A stretch of DNA of 60,870 nucleotides. Source: a virus. Taxonomy: Duplodnaviria > Caudoviricetes. The notes beneath the pieces were generated by a model. That model ran no database searches. It saw only the letters and a list, made by a program, of their open reading frames with translations, and was not told the origin of the DNA. This document shows positions 44,328 to 52,322 of this stretch, in pieces. Every line of letters starts with the position of its first letter. The first letter of the stretch is position 1. The position numbers were made by a program, and so were the translations under genes. The stretch lies in the IMG/VR virus record IMGVR_UViG_3300037484_000304, positions 1 to 60,870 of that record. The stretch is one strand, 5' to 3'.

Positions 44328-46863
44328 GGTTCAGGCTCAGGTACTCCACCATCACCAGGCTTTCGACAAACTCAGCGGACACAGCGCCGTTTCCGTTTGC
44401 CGGTGCGCTGGCCTGCACCTGGTTCGTCGTGGGCGCCGGTACGGTTGCCGCCCGTGTCTTCTTGTTGCACGCTCCGCATGCCATCTTCTTCGCTCCTGAG
44501 TGATAGTCGGCCCACTTGGCGAGAATGTGTTGCTTTAGTTGCTCGAAGTGATTGACAAGGGAAGTGTCCCGCCGCTCGCCACTCCACATGTCATACTGAA
44601 CAAGTGGCTCTGCCAGATGCACGGGGCACCAGCCCGCAGCGCAAACAGCAATGTAGAAATCCCAATCTTCCCAGCCAGGCATGGCCTCGTCGAAGCCGCC
44701 CACCAACAGCCAGGCGTCCCGTGGTAGCAGAGTGGTTACTGGATGATGAGAATGGCGTAGGTTATCCTCGCCATTGATGTCAGGGCAATGATGACGGACT
44801 CTCTTGTCACCCTCGCGCTTCATAAAGTCGGTGAAGACGTACTCCTTGACCTCGTGCCGGTCGCTCTGCCCCTGTCGCCACACTGAGAGGGCCTTGCGTA
44901 CGAACTCCGGGTGCAGCCAGTCGTCGGCGTCCAAAAACACCAGGAACTGCCCCTTGCTGGCCACCACTCCAGCGTTGCGAGCCGCTCCGGCGCCGCTGGC
45001 CGCATGCTCCGTCCTGACCAGCCGGGCAAACGGGAAGCCGGGCAGCGTCAAGTCCTTGCCTGTGTCGTCCACAACCACGCATTCCCAGTCGGGCTCTGTC
45101 TGCGCCACTACCGAATCAATGGCCTTGATCACGCGCTGTTCGTGCCCGGGCCCTACCGGAATGACAACGGAGACGACTGGGTTGGCGTGGGAGCGCACCA
45201 GGTAGCTGAACCTGTCCACCTTCTCGGTTGAGGGAGCCAGAGCACCATAGGGCGCAACAAGCTTGTCGCGTGCCCAGGGGAACCACTCTGTCCAGTCCCG
45301 CGACACGGGCTCGACACGGCCCATGCTGTCCTGGCGCTCGCGCTTGACCAGGTAGGGCGCCTCCGTGACTTTGGCTGGCCGGAAGCCGTACGAGGTGACA
45401 CGGCACCAGAAATCGGCGTCCTCGGCCGTGCGGATGTGCTCACGGTAGCCGCCCACTCGCTCCCAGACGCGCCGCCGGTACATGCTGGAGTAGGGCAGTT
45501 GATTGAACTGCCGCATCTGCCGTTCCATGCGGAACGCTTCAGGCCAGCCGCCGCGCTGCATCTGCCGCTGCCCAAGCGGCGCATCCTGAAAGTACTCCAT
45601 GTGGCCGTAGGCGATGTCCGCCCTGCGGTCCTTGTCCAGCCCGTCGGCCAGCGTCTGCAGCGCCGTAGGCGTTAGCATGTCATCGGCGTCCAACGGCAGG
45701 ATGTAGCGTCCCGTGCTGGCTCGAATGCCGTAGTTGCGCGCCCCGGCCAGATACAGGTTGCTCGGCGTACGCACATAACGGATGCGTGGGTCCCGTGCCA
45801 CATACTGCTGAGCCACCTCAGCCGTGTTGTCGGGCGAACAGTCGTCTACGATAAGGCACTCCCAGTCAGCGTCCTGCTGCGCCAGGATCGAGTCCAGGCA
45901 CTCGGGCAGGTACTGCGCCAGGTTGTAGCAGGTGACAACAACCGAGGTGCGCGGCTGGCGGCGCTGCGTCTCCCACTCGCTCAGTGCCCGTTCGTACACC
46001 GCAGCATACTGGCCGATCACGTCCGCCCACTTGTAGTGCTCCAGGACGTGCTCACGGGCCGCGGCGCCCAGCTCAGCACGGTTGTCCAGGCAATAACGCA
46101 AGCCCTGATGCAGCGATTCATAGTCGCCCGGCTTGGCTAGCCAGCCGTGCTCACCATGCTTGAGAATGTCCAGTTGCCCGCCATGCGCCCAGCCTAGAAC
46201 GGGGACGGCGGCGGCCATCGCTTCCAGGGTGCCAATGCCGAAGGTCTCGCGAGCCAGGCACAGGTAGACGCCAGCATTCCGCACAAGCTCCTGCATGCGC
46301 GGGTACGGCATCTGACCAGTGATCTCGACGTTGTTGCGGGGCTCGCCAAACGTCGAGATGAACACGACACCCGGCTCCATGGCCGCTAACCGGTTCATCT
46401 CGCGGGGGTCGCACACGACGTCGGCCCTGGCCTTGTTCCACAGGACGTAACCCTGACTCTCGCCCGGCTCCCACTCGTCAGGGTCAATGCCGTGGCCGAT
46501 CACGGTCACGGGGCTACAGAGTCCGCGACGCATGGACGCGGCCACCCACTCACTCGGCGCTGTCAGCAGATCGGCCCGCCGCAGGTTGACCAGTACGTGC
46601 GCATTGGCCGGCCGGGCCCAGTCGCCGAACTCCATTTCAGCGGTCCAGTAGAGGCCATGCGAGGAGGCCACCCACGGCTTGTTAATGTGCAGGTCGGCAT
46701 AGTTGCCCGCATGACAGTTCAGCACGTCGGCCGCGTACGGGTCTTCAGTAACTTCCCAGCCGTAGGCCGGCAGGTGCTTGACTTGGGCCTCAGAAACTCT
46801 TCTAATGCCGCCGTCAGCGACGTCCGGCTGCTTGAATTGCGGGACAATCCAAACTTTCTTCAA
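44203..46863 (-). CDS. Three-domain glycosyltransferase (GT4 + GT2 + GT2) with extra C-terminal domain
   Basis: ETFGIGTLEAMA (GT-B); SVVVTCYN..VDDCS..LDADD; SVVIP..VDD..LDADD. TTG 46863 has a GAGGAG RBS. Confidence 0.92.
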   Translation of the reverse strand: MKKVWIVPQFKQPDVADGGIRRVSEAQVKHLPAYGWEVTEDPYAADVLNCHAGNYADLHINKPWVASSHGLYWTAEMEFGDWARPANAHVLVNLRRADLLTAPSEWVAASMRRGLCSPVTVIGHGIDPDEWEPGESQGYVLWNKARADVVCDPREMNRLAAMEPGVVFISTFGEPRNNVEITGQMPYPRMQELVRNAGVYLCLARETFGIGTLEAMAAAVPVLGWAHGGQLDILKHGEHGWLAKPGDYESLHQGLRYCLDNRAELGAAAREHVLEHYKWADVIGQYAAVYERALSEWETQRRQPRTSVVVTCYNLAQYLPECLDSILAQQDADWECLIVDDCSPDNTAEVAQQYVARDPRIRYVRTPSNLYLAGARNYGIRASTGRYILPLDADDMLTPTALQTLADGLDKDRRADIAYGHMEYFQDAPLGQRQMQRGGWPEAFRMERQMRQFNQLPYSSMYRRRVWERVGGYREHIRTAEDADFWCRVTSYGFRPAKVTEAPYLVKRERQDSMGRVEPVSRDWTEWFPWARDKLVAPYGALAPSTEKVDRFSYLVRSHANPVVSVVIPVGPGHEQRVIKAIDSVVAQTEPDWECVVVDDTGKDLTLPGFPFARLVRTEHAASGAGAARNAGVVASKGQFLVFLDADDWLHPEFVRKALSVWRQGQSDRHEVKEYVFTDFMKREGDKRVRHHCPDINGEDNLRHSHHPVTTLLPRDAWLLVGGFDEAMPGWEDWDFYIAVCAAGWCPVHLAEPLVQYDMWSGERRDTSLVNHFEQLKQHILAKWADYHSGAKKMACGACNKKTRAATVPAPTTNQVQASAPANGNGAVSAEFVESLVMVEYLSLNRGAHHIYGPATHTFYGRRGGGDRFMVHPADLAAAPNWFRRA

Positions 46864-46876
46864 TCTTCTCGCTCCT

Positions 46877-47491
46877 CTATTGCCTGGCCAGCAGGCAGAT
46901 GCTACAGCCCTCCAGCCACCACGGCTGAAGACGCTGGAAATCCGGGCCCAGCCCGACCAGATCGGCATCCGTGATCTCCGCACCTGGCCCATGCTCAGGC
47001 GCGCCCGGCGCGTAGTCGTGCGCGGCAATCAGGTCGCCGGGCTTGAGCAGCGGCGCAAACGTCAGCACCTCTCGCGGCTTGTCGCCACCGTCACAGTAGA
47101 CTAGCGTCAGCCCCGGCCGGGCAACAAACTCGCGGGCCTCTGCCAGGAAAGCGTCGCCAAAGCAGTCCACCAGGCGTAGCGCCAAGCCCGGCACACTCGC
47201 CAGGTCGACGCGGGTCTTGGGGTCAAGTAGGGCCGCGTTGATCTCTACTGTCAACACCTCGAAAGGCGTCCAGGAGAACATGGCTCGTGCAGCCAGTATG
47301 CTGGCCAGCCCGCCGCGGTGTGTGCCCACCTCCACTACCCGCACGACCTGGTGCTGCTGTATTGTCATCAGTACGGCACCGATCTCTAACCAGGACTGCG
47401 AGACGGGCACGCCTAGCGGCCAGAGACCACCATTCTGCCGCCAGGCGTCAGGCTGCGTCGGCTGCACGCGTGGAACGGTTCGTTTCATCAT
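46877..47491 (-). CDS. Class I SAM methyltransferase (CmcI/Methyltransf_24-like)
   Basis: VVEVGTHRGG, YCDG, LKPG...AHDY. Confidence 0.8.
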   Translation of the reverse strand: MMKRTVPRVQPTQPDAWRQNGGLWPLGVPVSQSWLEIGAVLMTIQQHQVVRVVEVGTHRGGLASILAARAMFSWTPFEVLTVEINAALLDPKTRVDLASVPGLALRLVDCFGDAFLAEAREFVARPGLTLVYCDGGDKPREVLTFAPLLKPGDLIAAHDYAPGAPEHGPGAEITDADLVGLGPDFQRLQPWWLEGCSICLLARQ

Positions 47492-48265
47492 CTACACTTC
47501 TCCTGCTCTCTCTTCTGGCGCCAGGCCAATACCGGCCGTACTGATCTGGCGTGTTTCCTGTTCTTGCCAATCCTGGCCGGGCATGAGGTCGCCCAGACTG
47601 ACGCCGCCGATGTGGCCGAACGGTCCCCAGCAGCCAACCCAGCCAGGCCAGAGAATTACCGGGCCTCTGGCCATGCGTATGCGATAGGCAAGATCGGCTT
47701 CGGTTGCCCCTGGTGCCAAGCCCTCCCCGTAGCGTCCATAGGCGTCGGCAAACCGGCGGTGCCGTAGGCTGGCATGGCCAGTAAAGATGTAGTTGTCATC
47801 GCTATCCCAGGAGAGTCGCCACCATAACTCACCCGCGCCTGCTCGCAAGGTGCCTGTCATTCCGGTCTGCAGATACCCTAGCCGGATCATACCGCAATCC
47901 TGGCACTCTTCCAGCACACGCACACATGCCCGCAGGTTGAGCTGCGCCTGCAGCTCCCAGTCGTCCTCCAGCCACAGCACGAAGTCCGACCGCTGCCAGC
48001 ATTCTGCCTGCCCCAGATTCATTGAACGGCCGACACCCGCACGCATGGTATCAGTCCAGGTCACCTCCGAAGTGCGCGGGTCCTGCCATGCTGCGGCCAC
48101 CAAGCGTTCGATGTGGTCGCCACCGGACCCATCGTCAGCGATGTGATAGTGTAGCGCGCCAGGGTACTCCAACTGTTTGGCTACACCACGGAGCGTACGC
48201 AGCGCCAGCTCCTGCCGCTTGTAGGTGACGAGCAAAACGGAGACTTGCGGCCAGGCGTCAGTCAT
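47492..48265 (-). CDS. Glycosyltransferase family 2
   Basis: VSVLLVTYKR, IADDGS, WLEDDW, HIG; start reassigned to 48265. Confidence 0.88.
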   Translation of the reverse strand: MTDAWPQVSVLLVTYKRQELALRTLRGVAKQLEYPGALHYHIADDGSGGDHIERLVAAAWQDPRTSEVTWTDTMRAGVGRSMNLGQAECWQRSDFVLWLEDDWELQAQLNLRACVRVLEECQDCGMIRLGYLQTGMTGTLRAGAGELWWRLSWDSDDNYIFTGHASLRHRRFADAYGRYGEGLAPGATEADLAYRIRMARGPVILWPGWVGCWGPFGHIGGVSLGDLMPGQDWQEQETRQISTAGIGLAPEERAGEV

Positions 48266-48490
48266 GCAGCCCTGCCTTGACTGCCCGCAGAACGGCCAGT
48301 ACCATGTCATACTTCTGATTCCATTGCTGATGGTGAACACTGTCGCCAGCCACATCAACCTGTGTGCATGGGGTCGCCGCCGCTTCGGGATAGTCTGTCA
48401 GGTAGCTAATCCATTCAGCATGGATCTTATGGGCCTCCTCTATGTAGCCTATCGCCTCTTCGACCTTGGCGAGTGTAAGCACATTCTCCG

Positions 48491-48937
48491 TTATCGCCAC
48501 GGCCCCACCCGCTCCTGTGGCGCTGGCGTGTTCACGGCCCACACCGTTACCCGCCCGTCTGACCACTGATGCAGCCCGAAGCTGTTCAGGTCCGCGAGCC
48601 AGTGGTACAGCCACTCGACTCGCACGCCACGGCCCTCCGCTGTCGGTAGCAGGCAGCACTCAAGGCGCCCGCCGGGGCGGAGTACACGGAAGCTCTCCTG
48701 CAGCAGTGCGCCGGGCACTTCTAAATCGAAGATGCAGGCTTGCCAGGTCACGACATCCTTCGAGCCATCGGCAAGGGGCAGCAAACCCAAGATCAGGTCG
48801 CTGCCCGGGGGCTTACGGGCATAGGCCATTGCCTTGCCGTCCACACTGCAACACCGCTCGTAGGTGCTCGCGGGCGTTGTCTCCTGCCCGTTGCAACCGC
48901 AGGTACACTCGCGCACCTGCACAGGAACGTTGATCAT
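48491..48937 (-). CDS. Methyltransferase-like protein (short/degenerate)
   Basis: LPLADGSKDVV and ESFRVLRPGG; canonical GxG motif I not evident. Confidence 0.55.
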   Translation of the reverse strand: MINVPVQVRECTCGCNGQETTPASTYERCCSVDGKAMAYARKPPGSDLILGLLPLADGSKDVVTWQACIFDLEVPGALLQESFRVLRPGGRLECCLLPTAEGRGVRVEWLYHWLADLNSFGLHQWSDGRVTVWAVNTPAPQERVGPWR

Positions 48938-50007
48938 TCCCGCTCCTCCTCCTCGCTCTCTCTAATGGCCGCCTGCATGGCCGGTATGCTCAGTTGCACC
49001 CTCGCGGTGTCGGTCCTGTACTCGAAGCCGTCCGGTAAATGGCCAGAGCCCGCATCAGGCGGGAAGATCCAGAACCCGCTGTCATCCGGCAACGCTTCAG
49101 CGTGCAGGGCCTCACCCGAGTGTAGCAGATGCTCCTCTAGTTTCTCGCCGGGCCGGATGCCGATGTCCTCGATGGGCGGGCGCATATCCGGCTGCTTGAA
49201 ACTGTTGACACCGCGATCGTTAACGCCGCAGGGAATCATGTCAAAGGCATTGCCAGGCACATGCATCTCCCACACCGCCTCCGCCAGCACGTCGACCTTC
49301 ATGGTCGGGCACTTCGGCACCACGATCACGCCGGCCAGCGTCGCCAGCGCACAAAGGATCAGGTCCACGGCGTCCATGAGCGTCAGCCAAAAACGGTTCA
49401 TGCGGCGGTCCGTCACCGTCAGCGGTCCGCCGGCCGCGGCCTGCCGCTGGAACAGCGGGATGATTGAGCCACGAGAGCCGATCACATTGCCGTAGCGCGT
49501 CAGGTGAAACTTCGTCTGCCCCCAGGTGTTTGCCTGCACGAACACCGATTCCATGATAGCCTTTGACTTACCATAACAATTGATAGGTTTCGCTGCCTTG
49601 TCAGTCGAGATGCCAACCACTTGCTTGACGCCACAGCGCACGGCGGCCATTGCTACGTTACAGGAGCCGCAGACGTTGGTCTTGACGGTTTCGTGTGCGT
49701 TAGCTTCGGCGCTGGGCACAACCTTGAGCGCCCCGGCGTGAATCACTATGTCCTGTCCCTGGCAGGCCAACAGCAGCGCGTCCAGGTCGCGCACGTCACC
49801 CAGAACATAGCGGCACTTAGGGTGCCGGGCCTTCATCTGGCCTTGCTTGACCTCGTCTCTTGAGAAGACGGTAATCTTGCACGGCCAGTCCTCACGCCGA
49901 GCACGGCGCACGATGGCTTGACCAAGCGAGCCCGTGCCACCCGTGATCAGTACGTGCCCTTCAAGGCGGTTGCCGGGGTTCAGGTGCAACAGCTTAGCGT
50001 CAACCAT
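48934..50007 (-). CDS. UDP-GlcNAc 4,6-dehydratase (PseB/FlaA1/CapD-like)
   Basis: TGGTGSLG, SRDEVKQ, HAGALK.VP, STDKA..PIN.YG.SK, RYGNV.GSRGS, GIRPGEKL.E. Confidence 0.92.
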   Translation of the reverse strand: MVDAKLLHLNPGNRLEGHVLITGGTGSLGQAIVRRARREDWPCKITVFSRDEVKQGQMKARHPKCRYVLGDVRDLDALLLACQGQDIVIHAGALKVVPSAEANAHETVKTNVCGSCNVAMAAVRCGVKQVVGISTDKAAKPINCYGKSKAIMESVFVQANTWGQTKFHLTRYGNVIGSRGSIIPLFQRQAAAGGPLTVTDRRMNRFWLTLMDAVDLILCALATLAGVIVVPKCPTMKVDVLAEAVWEMHVPGNAFDMIPCGVNDRGVNSFKQPDMRPPIEDIGIRPGEKLEEHLLHSGEALHAEALPDDSGFWIFPPDAGSGHLPDGFEYRTDTARVQLSIPAMQAAIRESEEEERE

Positions 50008-50245
50008 CGTTGGTCCCCTCCTCTTGCTCGTCCAATTCTTTTGCGTACCTTAGACTAATCAGGCGATTAAGAGGTATGACAAAGACCTGGTCGTTGCTAG
50101 TCACCGAAAGCAGATCATTGTCGTAAGTCCAGCAAATAACGGCCCTTTGGCGTAACTCGTAAGTCTCAAGATGCTCCTGGTAGGGGATACCATCCATAAA
50201 CGTTACTACCAAATGAAAGCGGCTGGCCCTTTCGCTATCAGCCAT
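50000..50245 (-). CDS. Small beta-rich hypothetical protein
   Basis: Overlapping operon packing; FVIPLNRL. Confidence 0.6.
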   Translation of the reverse strand: MADSERASRFHLVVTFMDGIPYQEHLETYELRQRAVICWTYDNDLLSVTSNDQVFVIPLNRLISLRYAKELDEQEEGTNDG

Positions 50246-50456
50246 GGTTGTTGCCCCCTGCCACCGCCTCTTTCTCGACAGTCATTACCAGCAGACGGGA
50301 CAACGGGACGATAACCCGCTCCCGTAGGCCCTCGACGAAAACCATGCCCTCGCCGTAACGCACGTACTCGCCGCTGGGTGCGATCTCTACCTTCTTGCGA
50401 TTGCTGCCGCCACTGGTTGGCGTAGCTTCATACTCAACCACTACGAATCTGCTCAT
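50238..50456 (-). CDS. Small beta-rich hypothetical protein
   Basis: AGGAG RBS; VIVPLSRL. Confidence 0.6.
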   Translation of the reverse strand: MSRFVVVEYEATPTSGGSNRKKVEIAPSGEYVRYGEGMVFVEGLRERVIVPLSRLLVMTVEKEAVAGGNNHG

Positions 50457-50680
50457 CTCCTCTTTTCTCCTCGCTCCTGCTGCAGCTTGTAGAAGACGAC
50501 TTTGGCTCGCGGCCAGATGGCGTCGCCGTCCAGGCCGTGCACGATGAACTGCTCAGCCGTCTCTTCGATGTCCTCTTTGCTTCTAACCCGCACGGCCTCT
50601 ACGCCCAGCCGCTCGCTGCCCGTATCGTAGAAAACCTTGCAGAGCAGATGAGCCTCTTCCGTCACTATCTGCTGCACCAT
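50453..50680 (-). CDS. Small beta-rich hypothetical protein
   Basis: Operon packing; AIWPRAKV. Confidence 0.55.
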   Translation of the reverse strand: MVQQIVTEEAHLLCKVFYDTGSERLGVEAVRVRSKEDIEETAEQFIVHGLDGDAIWPRAKVVFYKLQQERGEKRR

Positions 50681-50701
50681 GCTTTTACTCGCTTCTCTTT
50701 A

Positions 50702-50732
50702 AGTGGGAGAGAGGGATAACCTCTCTCCCACT
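50702..50732 (-). terminator. Hairpin after major capsid gene
   Basis: AGTGGGAGAGAGG-loop-CCTCTCTCCCACT. Confidence 0.7.
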
Positions 50733-50753
50733 AACTACCAGGCTAGCTATCTG

Positions 50754-52241
50754 CTAGTCCCACTCACTGTACAGCGTGCCAGGCGACCGCGTCGAGGTGC
50801 CGCCCTTCACGAAGTACGGATCGGTTCCGCCGGTGATCTGGGTGTCAAACGGGCTGCGGAAGTGCTGCAGCGGCGCGTACATGATGTTCTGTACTCGCCC
50901 CGCCAACTGCGGAGTCCGCAGGATGAGCCGCGGCTTCATGGTCACGTTGTCGTGGAAGCAGCGGCCGGTGAACGTGCGGTCCACCAGAAAGCGGCCGTTG
51001 TCCGTGACCCACACCCGCGAGTTCAGGCTTTCGTTCTCCATTCGCACACCGGCGAGGGTCTTGCGGAAGTCCTGGTACTCGAAGTAGGTCACGGGCGTGC
51101 CGTGCGCCGACAGCGGGATGAAGTAGATGTCGGACGCGTACTGACCCGGCTGCAGGTTGGCGTTGTTGGCATTGTTGTTCTCGAAAATGCCATCATCCAA
51201 CACCACCTGAAGCTGCCGGCCGTTGACCATCAGATACATGCCCGCCCGCATGCTGTCACGCAGCTTGATCGTCTCGCCGGTGTCAACGAACGGCGTCGCA
51301 CTGGAGTTGACGTTGCAGCGATAGGTCATATACCGGCAGGCCCAGACCTCGGTCAACGAGTACCACAGTTCCGGCCGCATGGCCAGTATCCAGCGCGCCG
51401 GGTCCAGGCCCATGCGGCTGGCGTTGTGGTACAGGTACGCCTCCATCATCGCTACGACCTCGATGATGTCCGGGCCCGATGCGCTGGCCACGTTGCCGTA
51501 GTTGAAGTTCTTGATGTCCGAATCAGCGGCGGCGCAGGCTACGTTGGTGTGCGCGTCCACCTTGCCCGTCCCGATCAGGATGTCGAACCCCGGGAACTCC
51601 CAGTAGCCCTGGCCGACGTTGCGCGTCGGGTTGCCTTGAAAGATCATCTGCTGGAACACTCGCTGCATCATCACCGCAGCTTCGACAGCCGCCCACTCGA
51701 TCTCATTGGTGATGAGTGTGCCGTGTCCCGCGCCGGGGATGGGCGAGCCGTCAGGGCCGGTGATCGAGCCCATCATACGCAGACGCGTCTCGCCCGGCGT
51801 GCGGCGGGTGTTGATCTCGGTCAGGCTGAGCTCTTTGGTGCCGCGGCAGATTTTGCCGAACTGTGCCGTCAGGATGCAGCCCTCGGACTCGCCGATGATG
51901 CAGTCCGAACAGCCGCCGCTCGGCTCACTCTGCCCGCTGACCTGCTCGAAGCCGGTCAGAATGGCAAACTCCGGATTGGTGATGTCCGTGCCGAACGAGG
52001 GCAGCAGGGACTCCAGGCCACGCGGCCCGACTGAAGCGTTGATGAGCGTCTGGTCCAGGCCGCAGACACCGAAGAAGCCGCCCGTCACGCCAGGGTAGGG
52101 CGAGCCGTACATCAGGTTGCCCGTCGGCGTGCCGGGCGTGACCTCTTTGACGCCAGTGCCAAACGTCTGACGGCTTTGCGCCAGGATCAGAGCGTTGGCG
52201 AAGGCGTCAGCAAAAACTCTTGGATCAAGCTGGATGGTCAT
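50754..52241 (-). CDS. Major capsid protein (putative)
   Basis: 495 aa after protease/scaffold; strongly biased codons; followed by a hairpin; FQGNP and SDIYFIPL. Confidence 0.8.
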   Translation of the reverse strand: MTIQLDPRVFADAFANALILAQSRQTFGTGVKEVTPGTPTGNLMYGSPYPGVTGGFFGVCGLDQTLINASVGPRGLESLLPSFGTDITNPEFAILTGFEQVSGQSEPSGGCSDCIIGESEGCILTAQFGKICRGTKELSLTEINTRRTPGETRLRMMGSITGPDGSPIPGAGHGTLITNEIEWAAVEAAVMMQRVFQQMIFQGNPTRNVGQGYWEFPGFDILIGTGKVDAHTNVACAAADSDIKNFNYGNVASASGPDIIEVVAMMEAYLYHNASRMGLDPARWILAMRPELWYSLTEVWACRYMTYRCNVNSSATPFVDTGETIKLRDSMRAGMYLMVNGRQLQVVLDDGIFENNNANNANLQPGQYASDIYFIPLSAHGTPVTYFEYQDFRKTLAGVRMENESLNSRVWVTDNGRFLVDRTFTGRCFHDNVTMKPRLILRTPQLAGRVQNIMYAPLQHFRSPFDTQITGGTDPYFVKGGTSTRSPGTLYSEWD

Positions 52242-52322
52242 GTAGAGGAGCCTCCGTTACTTAATTTGGCTCGCTCCTCGCTCCCAGCTACTCCACAGAC
52301 ACGCTGTCTGTCAGGCTGGCAC

